Virus record (IMG/VR): IMGVR_UViG_3300036987_000310
Span: 96,001 to 160,000 of that record
DNA length: 64,000 bases
Origin: a virus
Lineage: Duplodnaviria > Caudoviricetes
Strand: one strand, 5' to 3'
The position numbers and the translations under genes are program-made. Below, one piece after another: positions 55,625 to 64,000 of the stretch. Every line of letters starts with the position of its first letter. The first letter of the stretch is position 1. Below the pieces are notes generated by a model that was not told the DNA's origin, made no database searches, and worked only from the letters and a program-made list of their open reading frames with translations.

Positions 55625-56403
55625 CTCTCGTGAATGTGTTCCACGAGAGTTTCCTTCACGATTTCCAACACGTCGCCATAAGACAGCTCAAGACCCATAG
55701 CCAGCATGGACATTTGAGTTGCAAGGCTTTTCACGCGCTTCTTTGCATCTTGCCTAAAAAGTTCTCTAACTTTTTCCCCAATTTCCCCGCGCTTCCCCTC
55801 TTCGACAGCCTTTTCGACTTCGATCTTCATTTTGTTTGTCAAAGAGAGTGTTGCGGAGTCTTTCGCCTCTGCAAAAGCGTGGTTTGTTTTCAAATGCTCA
55901 GGCAACGCGGCAAGCACAAATTTAGAAGCAACATCCTTCAGTGACGGCAAACAGTTTTTCACTCTCAAAAGCGAAGACTCAGAGCCAACGCTAACGTTGA
56001 CAAAAACTATTTCAGAAAAAAGTTCATGAAACGAACAAACCTGAAGACGTAGGGTGTCAGAAAGCTTCAGCTGAACTTCAACACTAGCATCTTCAAACCT
56101 TTGAACAAACTTGTCGATTTCCAGCTCGAACTGCTTTAGGAATTCTGCATAATCTTCAAGCGGCTTTTGAAGCTGCTTGCGAATGCAGGCAAGAATTTTG
56201 GGCTCATTTGACTCCGGAAATCGACCATGCTTTGCCAACCCGAGAAGACGTTCCACAGCGAGGCGTTCGAGCGTTAGAACTATGAAGTCATGACGATGCG
56301 AGAACTGCGGGTAGTAAAATTCGTAGACTTCGCCATCCAGCCGAATTGAAAAGCACGGCTTGCTTTTTTTGTTGATGTCATTAAAGAATATTTCAAACTC
56401 CAT
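55621..56403 (-). CDS. Hypothetical protein, ends EHIHES
   Basis: 260 aa; tag-like C-terminus. Confidence 0.7.
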   Translation of the reverse strand: MEFEIFFNDINKKSKPCFSIRLDGEVYEFYYPQFSHRHDFIVLTLERLAVERLLGLAKHGRFPESNEPKILACIRKQLQKPLEDYAEFLKQFELEIDKFVQRFEDASVEVQLKLSDTLRLQVCSFHELFSEIVFVNVSVGSESSLLRVKNCLPSLKDVASKFVLAALPEHLKTNHAFAEAKDSATLSLTNKMKIEVEKAVEEGKRGEIGEKVRELFRQDAKKRVKSLATQMSMLAMGLELSYGDVLEIVKETLVEHIHES

Positions 56404-56439
56404 GTCGGAGTTTACTCGCGGAATTTAAGCATTTCCATC

Positions 56440-56811
56440 TCATCCAGGATCAGACGAACCGGTTTTTCTCAGCGGCTTGTCATGAATGCTCTTAGTCTTG
56501 ACGTACGGAGCGTTGGGGTTCATTTGCTCCTTCATCTTTTGCCGCTTGACCGTGTTTCTGACTTCTTGAAGCTTGTCTATTGCCGCCGCGATTTCTTCGT
56601 CGCTGGCGCTTCCGCTAGAAATTAGTTTTCCAAGCTTCTGCACCGTCTCTTCTAGGCCTTTGACGTCCTCAGGATTCAAAGAAACAGATGTGCGAAGACC
56701 AGCGATGACTCGGCGCAAATCGGCTGCCACTAACTCGCGAGACGGCTGGCGGGAATTGTCGATTTTGGCTGCTATTTGACGCAGAAGGCTTGACAGTTGA
56801 TCAGGGTTCAT
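56440..56811 (-). CDS. Hypothetical protein with shared N-terminal IAAKIDNS.QPSRELVA motif
   Basis: Paralogous N-terminus. Confidence 0.7.
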   Translation of the reverse strand: MNPDQLSSLLRQIAAKIDNSRQPSRELVAADLRRVIAGLRTSVSLNPEDVKGLEETVQKLGKLISSGSASDEEIAAAIDKLQEVRNTVKRQKMKEQMNPNAPYVKTKSIHDKPLRKTGSSDPG

Positions 56812-56826
56812 GCCCCAGGTCAGCTA

Positions 56827-57261
56827 TTAAAGATCCGGCAACGCTGGACGATTCCCGAGCTTTCGCAAAAACTCGATTTCGAGCTTTGCAGAAGACGCGG
56901 AGTCAGACCCATGCAAAGCGTTGTTTGGGGTTCCGCGGCCGAACTTTGCCCTGAGCGTTCCAGGTTTTGCATTGGCTGGATTTGTCGCCCCGATGAGCTC
57001 TCTCCATCTGGCGACAACATCTTTTCCTTCGAGCGTCATGACAACCATGGACCCGCTTGTCGTGAACTGAACAAGAGAGTCAAAGTATGGTCTGCCTTTA
57101 TGCTCCGAATAAAATTCCCCGGCCTGTTCTTCAGTCAATCTGATTGAAAACAAGTCAACAACCAGCATGTCGTTTTTGACAATCTCCGAGAGAATGTCTC
57201 CAACGTGCTGACTCCTGACTGCATCCGGCTTGATGATTGCGCATGTTTTTTCCATGCGCAA
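56827..57261 (-). CDS. ndk: Nucleoside diphosphate kinase
   Basis: EKTCAIIKPDAV, FYSEHKGRPYF, GATNP..A.PGTLR, NALHGSDS. Confidence 0.96.
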   Translation of the reverse strand: MRMEKTCAIIKPDAVRSQHVGDILSEIVKNDMLVVDLFSIRLTEEQAGEFYSEHKGRPYFDSLVQFTTSGSMVVMTLEGKDVVARWRELIGATNPANAKPGTLRAKFGRGTPNNALHGSDSASSAKLEIEFLRKLGNRPALPDL

Positions 57262-57269
57262 CGATACAA

Positions 57270-57773
57270 TCAGGACGATATTATCTGCCCGGGGGCTTCG
57301 AACAAGCTTTCCACAACTTCTCGCGTTCTGTGCTCATTGCACAAATGAAAAACGCGAAGCTCAATTTCGGCTGTTCCAGCGGTGAATTCATCGCACCCCG
57401 GGTGCTGACACACCCTCATCGTCTTCCTTCCTTCGCCATCTTCGAAGACCAGCCTATTGTCGAGCAAATACTGGCGATAGCACTCAGAGGCTTCTTCCGC
57501 AGAAGCGTGGCCGTCGTCGTGGTATTTGTCGTCGTGAGGCCCCCCAATAGGTCTTCCTGAACAGTATCCGACTGGCCAAATCTGTTTGTTGTTTTTGCAG
57601 GTGAAGTCCCATCGAAGAGACTTTTCTCGTTGTCGTGGCTGGTAGTAGTTCATGACTCTGTCTACCTGCGACACAAGAGTCGAAAAAAAAACGGGGGCGC
57701 CTTCAGGTCGCCCATCCGGCGCCCCCGCACACATCACTAACACTGCAGGAGAGGATCGCGACATCCTGCGCAC
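57270..57773 (-). CDS. Hypothetical Cys/His-rich protein (start uncertain)
   Basis: C..C..H..C..CQH..C..C..H. Confidence 0.55.
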   Translation of the reverse strand: MRRMSRSSPAVLVMCAGAPDGRPEGAPVFFSTLVSQVDRVMNYYQPRQREKSLRWDFTCKNNKQIWPVGYCSGRPIGGPHDDKYHDDGHASAEEASECYRQYLLDNRLVFEDGEGRKTMRVCQHPGCDEFTAGTAEIELRVFHLCNEHRTREVVESLFEAPGQIISS

Positions 57774-57914
57774 GCTCGCTGCAGCCCCCAGTAATGTCGG
57801 AGTCGATCACGATAGCGCATGCGTTTCCTCGGCCTGAAGCTGAGGCGAATTCGCGTCCAAGTCCTGTCGAATTTTGAAAGATCAGGGGCTTCCGAACACA
57901 TGGAAACCCATCGG

Positions 57915-57985
57915 CTCCGGGGGATGGAATCGAACCAGCATTTCCGCGTTCAGAGCGCGGCGGCCTTCCATTGGCCGACCCCGAA
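57915..57985 (-). tRNA. tRNA-Gln(CTG)
   Basis: U1-A72, CCGCG-CTCTGAA-CGCGG. Confidence 0.85.
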
Positions 57986-58067
57986 ATCACATCGCTTCTA
58001 ATCTGCCGTCTTGTCCCTCGAAGGGGACCTTCGTCTTCGTCTTCCAATTCACGTCCTTCCTTCAGAG

Positions 58068-58138
58068 TGGGCCCGCCGGGAATCGAACCCGGCCCGACGC
58101 TTTAAGAGAGCGTTGCTCCGCCTTGGAGCTACGAGCCC
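58068..58138 (-). tRNA. tRNA-Lys(CTT)
   Basis: ACGCT-CTCTTAA-AGCGT. Confidence 0.88.
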
Positions 58139-58191
58139 TTCACACCCATTTACCGCCATTCTTGTTCTTGTTCGTTTCCATTATTTCCTCG

Positions 58192-58264
58192 TGGGACCGG
58201 CGGGGCTCGAACCCGCGATCGTCGGATTAAAAGTCCGCTGCTCTACCAACTGAGCTACGATCCC
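58192..58264 (-). tRNA. tRNA-Lys(TTT)
   Basis: Loop CT-TTT-AA, canonical D arm. Confidence 0.92.
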
Positions 58265-58302
58265 CGTTTTGGACCCATCTATTCTTCGACGTCAAGAAAC
58301 AG

Positions 58303-58386
58303 TGGAGGCGTGTGGAGTCGAACCACCTAGACCAAAGTCCCTGCGTTTACAGCGCAAGCCGTTTCCCGGAACGTTCATCCGCCTCC
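58303..58386 (-). tRNA. tRNA-Tyr(GTA)
   Basis: TTGCG-CTGTAAA-CGCAG, long V arm, A73. Confidence 0.88.
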
Positions 58387-59163
58387 GAAAAGCTTGGGTG
58401 CGCGCACGCGCTGCGGTATACTGTGTTCGCTTCATTTCTGACTCCAAAAAGCATCAAGGCCGCTCGATTTTCATCGGCGGCCTTGAGTTCCCCTTGCGGG
58501 GTGGTGGATCAAAGGCCGCCTAGCTGTCCACCTCCAGATTTTCGAGCTTGCACTCGGGGCGACTAGAGGTGGACATCGCATGATCATAGACAAATCCGAA
58601 ACCGCCCTGCACACACCATAGCAAAGCTGCTTTTGGCAACCTTGCTATAATTTGGGCTGAGCGCTGCGTTTTCATCGAAGATCTGACGTCCTAGTGAGTG
58701 AAATCGAGTTTCCCCACTTCCTTCGACAGTTTAGCACAGCCGAAGGTTCCACGCAAGTTCTGCTTGACTATAAAAAGTCTATGCTGTCTTTTACACTTAG
58801 ACGTCTCGACATGTCGAGCAGTCTCGGGGTCAGTTGACCCGCCAAACATGTTACACTTCGGAAGGCAGTCATGAACAAGGCCCCAAGCACACAAGAGCCT
58901 TTCTGAATTCCGTCCTATTCAATGGGCCATCGCCCGCAACCCCCGAAAAGGGGGGCCACAACGCGTTTCCAATCGTCTTCTGACACCACGATGTCCATCG
59001 CTTCACCTTCAGCATTTGCCACCCTCAAGCTTCTGACGACCGGTCCGGGAATCAAGTCCAAGACAGTGCCGTCGTTATGCTTGACTGGCTCGACGATGCG
59101 TTTCTCGTCGAATCCGACGATTTCCAGTCCCATATGTCCCATAATGTGTGCCCTATTTGGAAA

Positions 59164-59667
59164 TCACTGAGTGTTGCAAACGCTTTCGATTTCGACACAT
59201 GTTAAAATGTCGTTCACAATGCACTTGGTGTTCCAATAAGAGCCCTGATCATGAGCGTATGCGCAGTACCACTCGCAGGACACGCATTCGTTCACGCCCG
59301 CATCGGCTCCGACACAAGACACAAGTTGTGGACAGTCTTGGCCCTGACAAGACAAAATGTCTGGAGGAGCTGGAACCGGGGTTCCTTCCTCGCATCCGAT
59401 TGTCCCATCAGAGTTTTTTAGCCCGTTGGCCATGCGCTCACACGCCTTAGCGCACAGCTCTTTGCCTTCTGCTGGAATCACAACAGGCTCGGGCTCTTCA
59501 GGGCCGACTCCGCACGAGGCGCAAGATCCGACGGTGGCCGCAGCAAGAATCAATGCAAAGATTTTCATCACATAGCCTCCGCAGTCCAGAATGACCTGGT
59601 TCCTGACCACATGACGTAATCGACGCTTAGCCAGCCGTACCCAGATTCCCCCCAAGCCGGGCTCCAT
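59164..59667 (-). CDS. Cys-rich putative lipoprotein (likely start MKIFALIL)
   Basis: Signal peptide with lipobox-like VGSC/ASC and many Cys residues. Confidence 0.65.
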   Translation of the reverse strand: MEPGLGGIWVRLAKRRLRHVVRNQVILDCGGYVMKIFALILAAATVGSCASCGVGPEEPEPVVIPAEGKELCAKACERMANGLKNSDGTIGCEEGTPVPAPPDILSCQGQDCPQLVSCVGADAGVNECVSCEWYCAYAHDQGSYWNTKCIVNDILTCVEIESVCNTQ

Positions 59668-60374
59668 GAGTTTCGGATCTTGAATGCATTTTTGGATGGG
59701 TCATACCCGACAATTACCATGGCGTGTCTGCCAACTGTGTTGTTTGGCGGGTTAAGCACGCCACCTTTGTAGTTAAAAAACTCGTCTCCCAAGCCTGTTC
59801 CGAAAGTGACGCCAGGAACCTGATTGAGTGCCTTGATGAGGTTGTCAACAAGGTTCTTGTCTCGCATGATTTTGTGGAATGCTTTAGATCTGCGCTGAAA
59901 AGCTTCCCTTTGCGAGGAGATGGATGGTCGAACGCATGCATTTTCAAGCAGATAGGGCCATATTTTCTCGGACGGAACGCCGAGCCTGGCAATGACTTCC
60001 ATGATGAGTCGGTTGTAGCATCCCGAGTTTACGTCATGGTTTCTAGGGGGGTCGAGATAAAGTCTGCCGTAGTACCACAGAAACAGGCGCGACAGATCTG
60101 GGACAGCTTGTTTCGCTTGTTCGAGCGTCATGCCCCTCTTCATGAGCTGCTGAATCAACACGGCTTCCCAGAAGTCTGCAGCGGCGTTAGCTGTGCAGCT
60201 TGGCAGGGACAGCTGATCCGAGATTGGCTTATAGTACTTTGAATTGTCGATCGTCGTTGTCTTGGCGGCAACATTTAGCGCGCTATCGGCAAACGAATGG
60301 TCATCCATGCTAAACGGATCAGGGTCCCAGCCGAAAGACGGTCTCTTGACGGTGAACTGAAAGATTTTCAACAT
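59568..60374 (-). CDS. Papain-like (C1) cysteine protease
   Basis: DQ..LPSCTANA (Q, C), GRHAMVIVGYD (H), IRNSW..WGESGY (N). Confidence 0.92.
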   Translation of the reverse strand: MLKIFQFTVKRPSFGWDPDPFSMDDHSFADSALNVAAKTTTIDNSKYYKPISDQLSLPSCTANAAADFWEAVLIQQLMKRGMTLEQAKQAVPDLSRLFLWYYGRLYLDPPRNHDVNSGCYNRLIMEVIARLGVPSEKIWPYLLENACVRPSISSQREAFQRRSKAFHKIMRDKNLVDNLIKALNQVPGVTFGTGLGDEFFNYKGGVLNPPNNTVGRHAMVIVGYDPSKNAFKIRNSWSPAWGESGYGWLSVDYVMWSGTRSFWTAEAM

Positions 60375-60415
60375 GTCCTCACCTCCGGTTTAATGACGTT
60401 ACCGATAAGACATTG

Positions 60416-63400
60416 ATGACTGGTTTTACGGGCATGGGATTCACTTCATATTGCGTAGAGACTGACGGTTTGACCCAGTACGCCAAAATGGGCGACGTGC
60501 TGGACTTGGAATTTGGGGACGCCTCCCTCATCTTCTCTATCCTAGTGTGGTTCAAGACCACAGACACAGGCGGCTACTTGGTCTCGAAGATGGATGGCAC
60601 CCCCACTGGGTATGGCATCTATGTTGGGGCGTCAGGGCAGCTTCATGCTCGCCTGTTTTCTGATGCGACGTACCAGGAGGAGATTGAGACAACTTCAACT
60701 GGGTGGAACGATGGCGAGTGGCACCAGGCGGTATGGGCGTATTCCGAGCCTGGTTCTGGGGCGGGAAGCTCCCTATACATTGACGGAGAACTTCAGACTG
60801 TCACAGTGGTGAGCGACAACGTGCTAGGGCAGCCGACAGCAAACGCGGCTGAGCTGAACTTCGCAGGGCGGAACAATGGCAGCGATCTTCTTGCCTGTCG
60901 CTTCACAGACATCGCCGTCTACAGCAAGGCTTTGAATGCCGTAGACGTGAGCCGCTTGTACAACAGCGGCAACTGCTTAGACCTGAAGATTTTGGACACC
61001 GGATCAAGTTTGGTCGGGTACTGGCGAGTTGACTACTCTTCGTCGAGGATCTTGCCCCTGGTGGGTGATTACGCCAGGAATCAGTACAACGGCACTCCGG
61101 TGAACATGTCCACAAGTGACATCTCTCTGGATACACCTGGGGGAGCGAGCACGGAGTCCTTGTCCTTCAACGGGACGACGCAGTACGTGGGGATGGGGAA
61201 CGTGCTCGGGTACGACCGAACTTCGGTCTTCAGTATGTCTTGCTGGTTCAAGAGCACGCAAGCGGGACGAGGCTCTATCCTAGGGAAGCACACGTACACC
61301 GGGTATGCAATTCGGTTGGAGACCGGGAAAATCTATGTGCTGTTTGCGAACAACTGGACCTCGACCAGTTGGATGGCCGTGCAGACTCCGTTGACCTACA
61401 ACGATGGGGTTTGGCACCACGTTCTGGTGACCTACACCGGATCCAGCAACGTGGCTGGAATCACCGTGTACATCGATGGTGCTGTCATCGCGATGACTAC
61501 GGTGCGGGATACCCTGACGAGCGCAATAACGACTACAGAGCCGTTCCAGCTTGGCTATGGGGGGTATGCAACAAACGGAAGCCGTGTCTATTACGAAGGT
61601 CTATTGGACGAGGTTGCTCTTTGGAGCGGCATTGCTCTGACTGCTCCTGAGGTGGCCGCAGTGTACAACGCAGGCTCACCCCCTGACCTTCGAACGTTGT
61701 CGACTGCCTTTGCTCTTTCGGCCTACTGGCCGATTGGTGGAGAGATGCGTCTGGAAGATTCGGCGTTGTACCCGAACGTCGTGGCCGCAGCAGGGATTGG
61801 TGTGGGATCCGAAAACATTCCATGTGAGATAGACCCGCTACAGTACATGCTTGGGACTTCTTTGACTTGGGACATGCTGGCTAGATATCCGGGGCCAGGT
61901 GGGGTGGCCCCCTGGTCTATGCAGTATCTGGCCAGCATTGGAGGGCACATAATGGGGTATGTCCCAGCCCCGACTACCTTCGTTCCGTTCTCAGCGGGGG
62001 CTTGGTTCAAGCTTGAGAGTGCCAGTCCTTTGGGGCAACTATTGGGCAGGTGCACAGGTTCCGGGACGTCTCTTAATGGCTGGGCTATACAGCAGCGTTA
62101 CGGTGCTATTGCGTTTTCCGTTCGGTCTTACACAGACTTGCCTCGACTCCAAATCTACACAAATGCTACTTATGTGGACGGCTTGTGGCACCATGTGATT
62201 TGCACATGGAATGGCAGCGGCACACAAGCGGGCATGACCATTTACATTGATGGAGTGGCTGTAGCAGTTACATCCGGCATGAACTACGCAGGGTCTGGGG
62301 GTATTGATTCCCGACCTTATTCCACTGGGTGCTCAGGCGCTTCGGTGTCGTCCTCTTACAATATGATTGGAAAGCTGACTGAATGCGCAGAATGGAACAT
62401 TTGTTTCTCTGCTTTGCAAGTAACAGAGGCATACAACGCTGGGGTGCCAATCCGCTATACCGACCTGTCAACCGCTGGAAATTTGTTGAAGTACCATAGG
62501 CTAGGGAACACCGCGGAGACGCCTCCCGCTGCAACTCTAAACACTCTTTTAGACATCGTGAGTACGGATGCCCCAGGAGGAGTTCTAACGAGATCCATCC
62601 GATGTGACGTGGCTGCTTTCACCTTGTCTTTGGGAAACAGCTTCAACTGGCAGCGAAACCAGTCGTTCTCCTTATCCGGTTGGTTCAAGACATCTGCCTC
62701 GTTGATAGAGCAAACCATCATCGCCAAAGAAGACGCCACCCGGCGTGGGTATCTGGCGTTCATAACGGCTACTGGTGAGATCGAGTGGTCTATTGCCAAC
62801 ACAGCTACGAACCGCGTCTCTGTACGCACCACAGCAACATTCAATGACGGCAACTGGCATCACCTGGTGGTTACTTATGGTGGGGCGTCTCTGGCGACGT
62901 CTTTGGCCATCTACGTGGACGGGGCTGTTCAAGCCACCACCACCATCCTCGACGCCTTGACAGCAGACACTTATGATGACGCGGCCTTGTACTTTGGGTC
63001 CACAGCTAGAACTTCCGCCACGCTTCGGGGGTTGCTTGCTGGCCCCGCCATGTACATTGGCCAGTTGGATGCTGTTGAAGTCGCAGAGGTCTACAACGGC
63101 GGTGTGCCTGCAGACCCTGAGACACTAACTACGGCAGCGGAGCTTCTTGGGTACTGGCCTATCGGGGAGGGGTATCACCCTGGTACGTTGGTAGGAATGG
63201 CGCAGGCGAATTTGGTGGCCGACTACCCATTTTTCTCAGACCTGACCACAGAGAAGACTTGGGTTACGGAGGCAAACTACGTTCTGGCTGCCGGAGACAC
63301 TACGGCAAACACCACGGCAAAGCTTCTTCTGGACTGGAAGAACAAGCTGTGCGCTCATGGGTACACTGTCGTCGGAAGTAGCGACGGGACCAACTACGAG

Positions 63401-64000
63401 TATGAAGGGGAGACGGCTGGCGGTTCTTACGGAGGAGACAGCACTGGGCCATACGACGTGTGGGAAGACTACACGGATGTTTTGTACAAAGTAGACAGCT
63501 CCCAGGGGCCAAGCGGCTGGGTACTTATGCGGAGCCCACTCTCTACGGCTGGACAGTTTTGGATCATTCTCTGGAGGTATGCTTCCAGCACGACGGTGTT
63601 CCGGGGGTACGTGGGCAACACCAAGCCTCCGATGAGGACGCCTGCGAACGAGATCTGCCCCTTCTGGTCTGCCGGAATGCCTTGGCACTACATCTCCGTA
63701 AACGAGGGCGTGTACCATGCCAGCGGAACTTCGGGATGCAGAAGTTACCTGTCGATCTGCGAGAACGATGGAAGCTTTGTTTTTCTTCGGCAGACCATAG
63801 CCACAGGGCAGTATTACCAAGGCATGACTGCCTTCATGGTTCTGGACGAAAACCGAGCCCCTAGTATTGGACAGAAATCGGTGGTTTACCACTATATCTG
63901 GGGAACCACGCGAGACAACACCCGTTGGGCCAGGTTCAACATGTATCTTTCGGGGGCAACGAATCTTCGTTGGAACATGCCATTAATTCCTTGCTACACC
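60416..64000 (+). CDS. Large LamG/concanavalin-A-like repeat protein, probably virion/tail; runs off the window
   Basis: Starts MTGFTGMGF; repeated WFK..NDG.WHH...T..G....YIDG..DEV.WS..L...EV..LYN.G..DL units; the frame matches at the start, at a mid-gene spot check and at the window end; absent from the ORF track, consistent with no stop. Confidence 0.85.
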   Translation, partial: MTGFTGMGFTSYCVETDGLTQYAKMGDVLDLEFGDASLIFSILVWFKTTDTGGYLVSKMDGTPTGYGIYVGASGQLHARLFSDATYQEEIETTSTGWNDGEWHQAVWAYSEPGSGAGSSLYIDGELQTVTVVSDNVLGQPTANAAELNFAGRNNGSDLLACRFTDIAVYSKALNAVDVSRLYNSGNCLDLKILDTGSSLVGYWRVDYSSSRILPLVGDYARNQYNGTPVNMSTSDISLDTPGGASTESLSFNGTTQYVGMGNVLGYDRTSVFSMSCWFKSTQAGRGSILGKHTYTGYAIRLETGKIYVLFANNWTSTSWMAVQTPLTYNDGVWHHVLVTYTGSSNVAGITVYIDGAVIAMTTVRDTLTSAITTTEPFQLGYGGYATNGSRVYYEGLLDEVALWSGIALTAPEVAAVYNAGSPPDLRTLSTAFALSAYWPIGGEMRLEDSALYPNVVAAAGIGVGSENIPCEIDPLQYMLGTSLTWDMLARYPGPGGVAPWSMQYLASIGGHIMGYVPAPTTFVPFSAGAWFKLESASPLGQLLGRCTGSGTSLNGWAIQQRYGAIAFSVRSYTDLPRLQIYTNATYVDGLWHHVICTWNGSGTQAGMTIYIDGVAVAVTSGMNYAGSGGIDSRPYSTGCSGASVSSSYNMIGKLTECAEWNICFSALQVTEAYNAGVPIRYTDLSTAGNLLKYHRLGNTAETPPAATLNTLLDIVSTDAPGGVLTRSIRCDVAAFTLSLGNSFNWQRNQSFSLSGWFKTSASLIEQTIIAKEDATRRGYLAFITATGEIEWSIANTATNRVSVRTTATFNDGNWHHLVVTYGGASLATSLAIYVDGAVQATTTILDALTADTYDDAALYFGSTARTSATLRGLLAGPAMYIGQLDAVEVAEVYNGGVPADPETLTTAAELLGYWPIGEGYHPGTLVGMAQANLVADYPFFSDLTTEKTWVTEANYVLAAGDTTANTTAKLLLDWKNKLCAHGYTVVGSSDGTNYEYEGETAGGSYGGDSTGPYDVWEDYTDVLYKVDSSQGPSGWVLMRSPLSTAGQFWIILWRYASSTTVFRGYVGNTKPPMRTPANEICPFWSAGMPWHYISVNEGVYHASGTSGCRSYLSICENDGSFVFLRQTIATGQYYQGMTAFMVLDENRAPSIGQKSVVYHYIWGTTRDNTRWARFNMYLSGATNLRWNMPLIPCYT

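Overview
This is a 64 kb segment of a large (jumbo-type) dsDNA bacteriophage genome, mostly transcribed on the minus strand. Left end: recombination module (N-terminal half of an SbcC/Rad50-like ATPase, RecA, RuvC-like resolvase, putative SSB), P-loop kinase, dual-specificity phosphatase, endolysin, Dam methylase and dCMP deaminase. Middle and right: a long accessory region of small ORFs with about 40 conventional tRNA genes covering all 20 amino acids, plus EF-Tu, RtcB, NDK, a 5'-nucleotidase, an ADP-ribosylglycohydrolase, NADAR, a STAS protein, HNH and GIY-YIG nucleases and a papain-like protease. The window ends inside a >1190-aa LamG-repeat gene that the ORF track misses. Four unusual signals stand out. 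(1) About 30 unrelated small proteins share a C-terminal tag, [ED]-[VI]-[MH]-[EDN]-[SA]-COOH. (2) At 13.2-14.5 kb there are five giant tRNA-like RNAs with ~60-nt variable-loop inserts that share a C(T/C)NACAAG motif, plus one circularly permuted tRNA/Y-RNA-like element. (3) The phage encodes ubiquitin-like conjugation genes (ThiF/E1, Ubl, JAB, possible E2). (4) A TROVE/Ro60-like vWA protein and RtcB are also present. All annotations come from reading motifs by eye; no database searches or folding programs were run.
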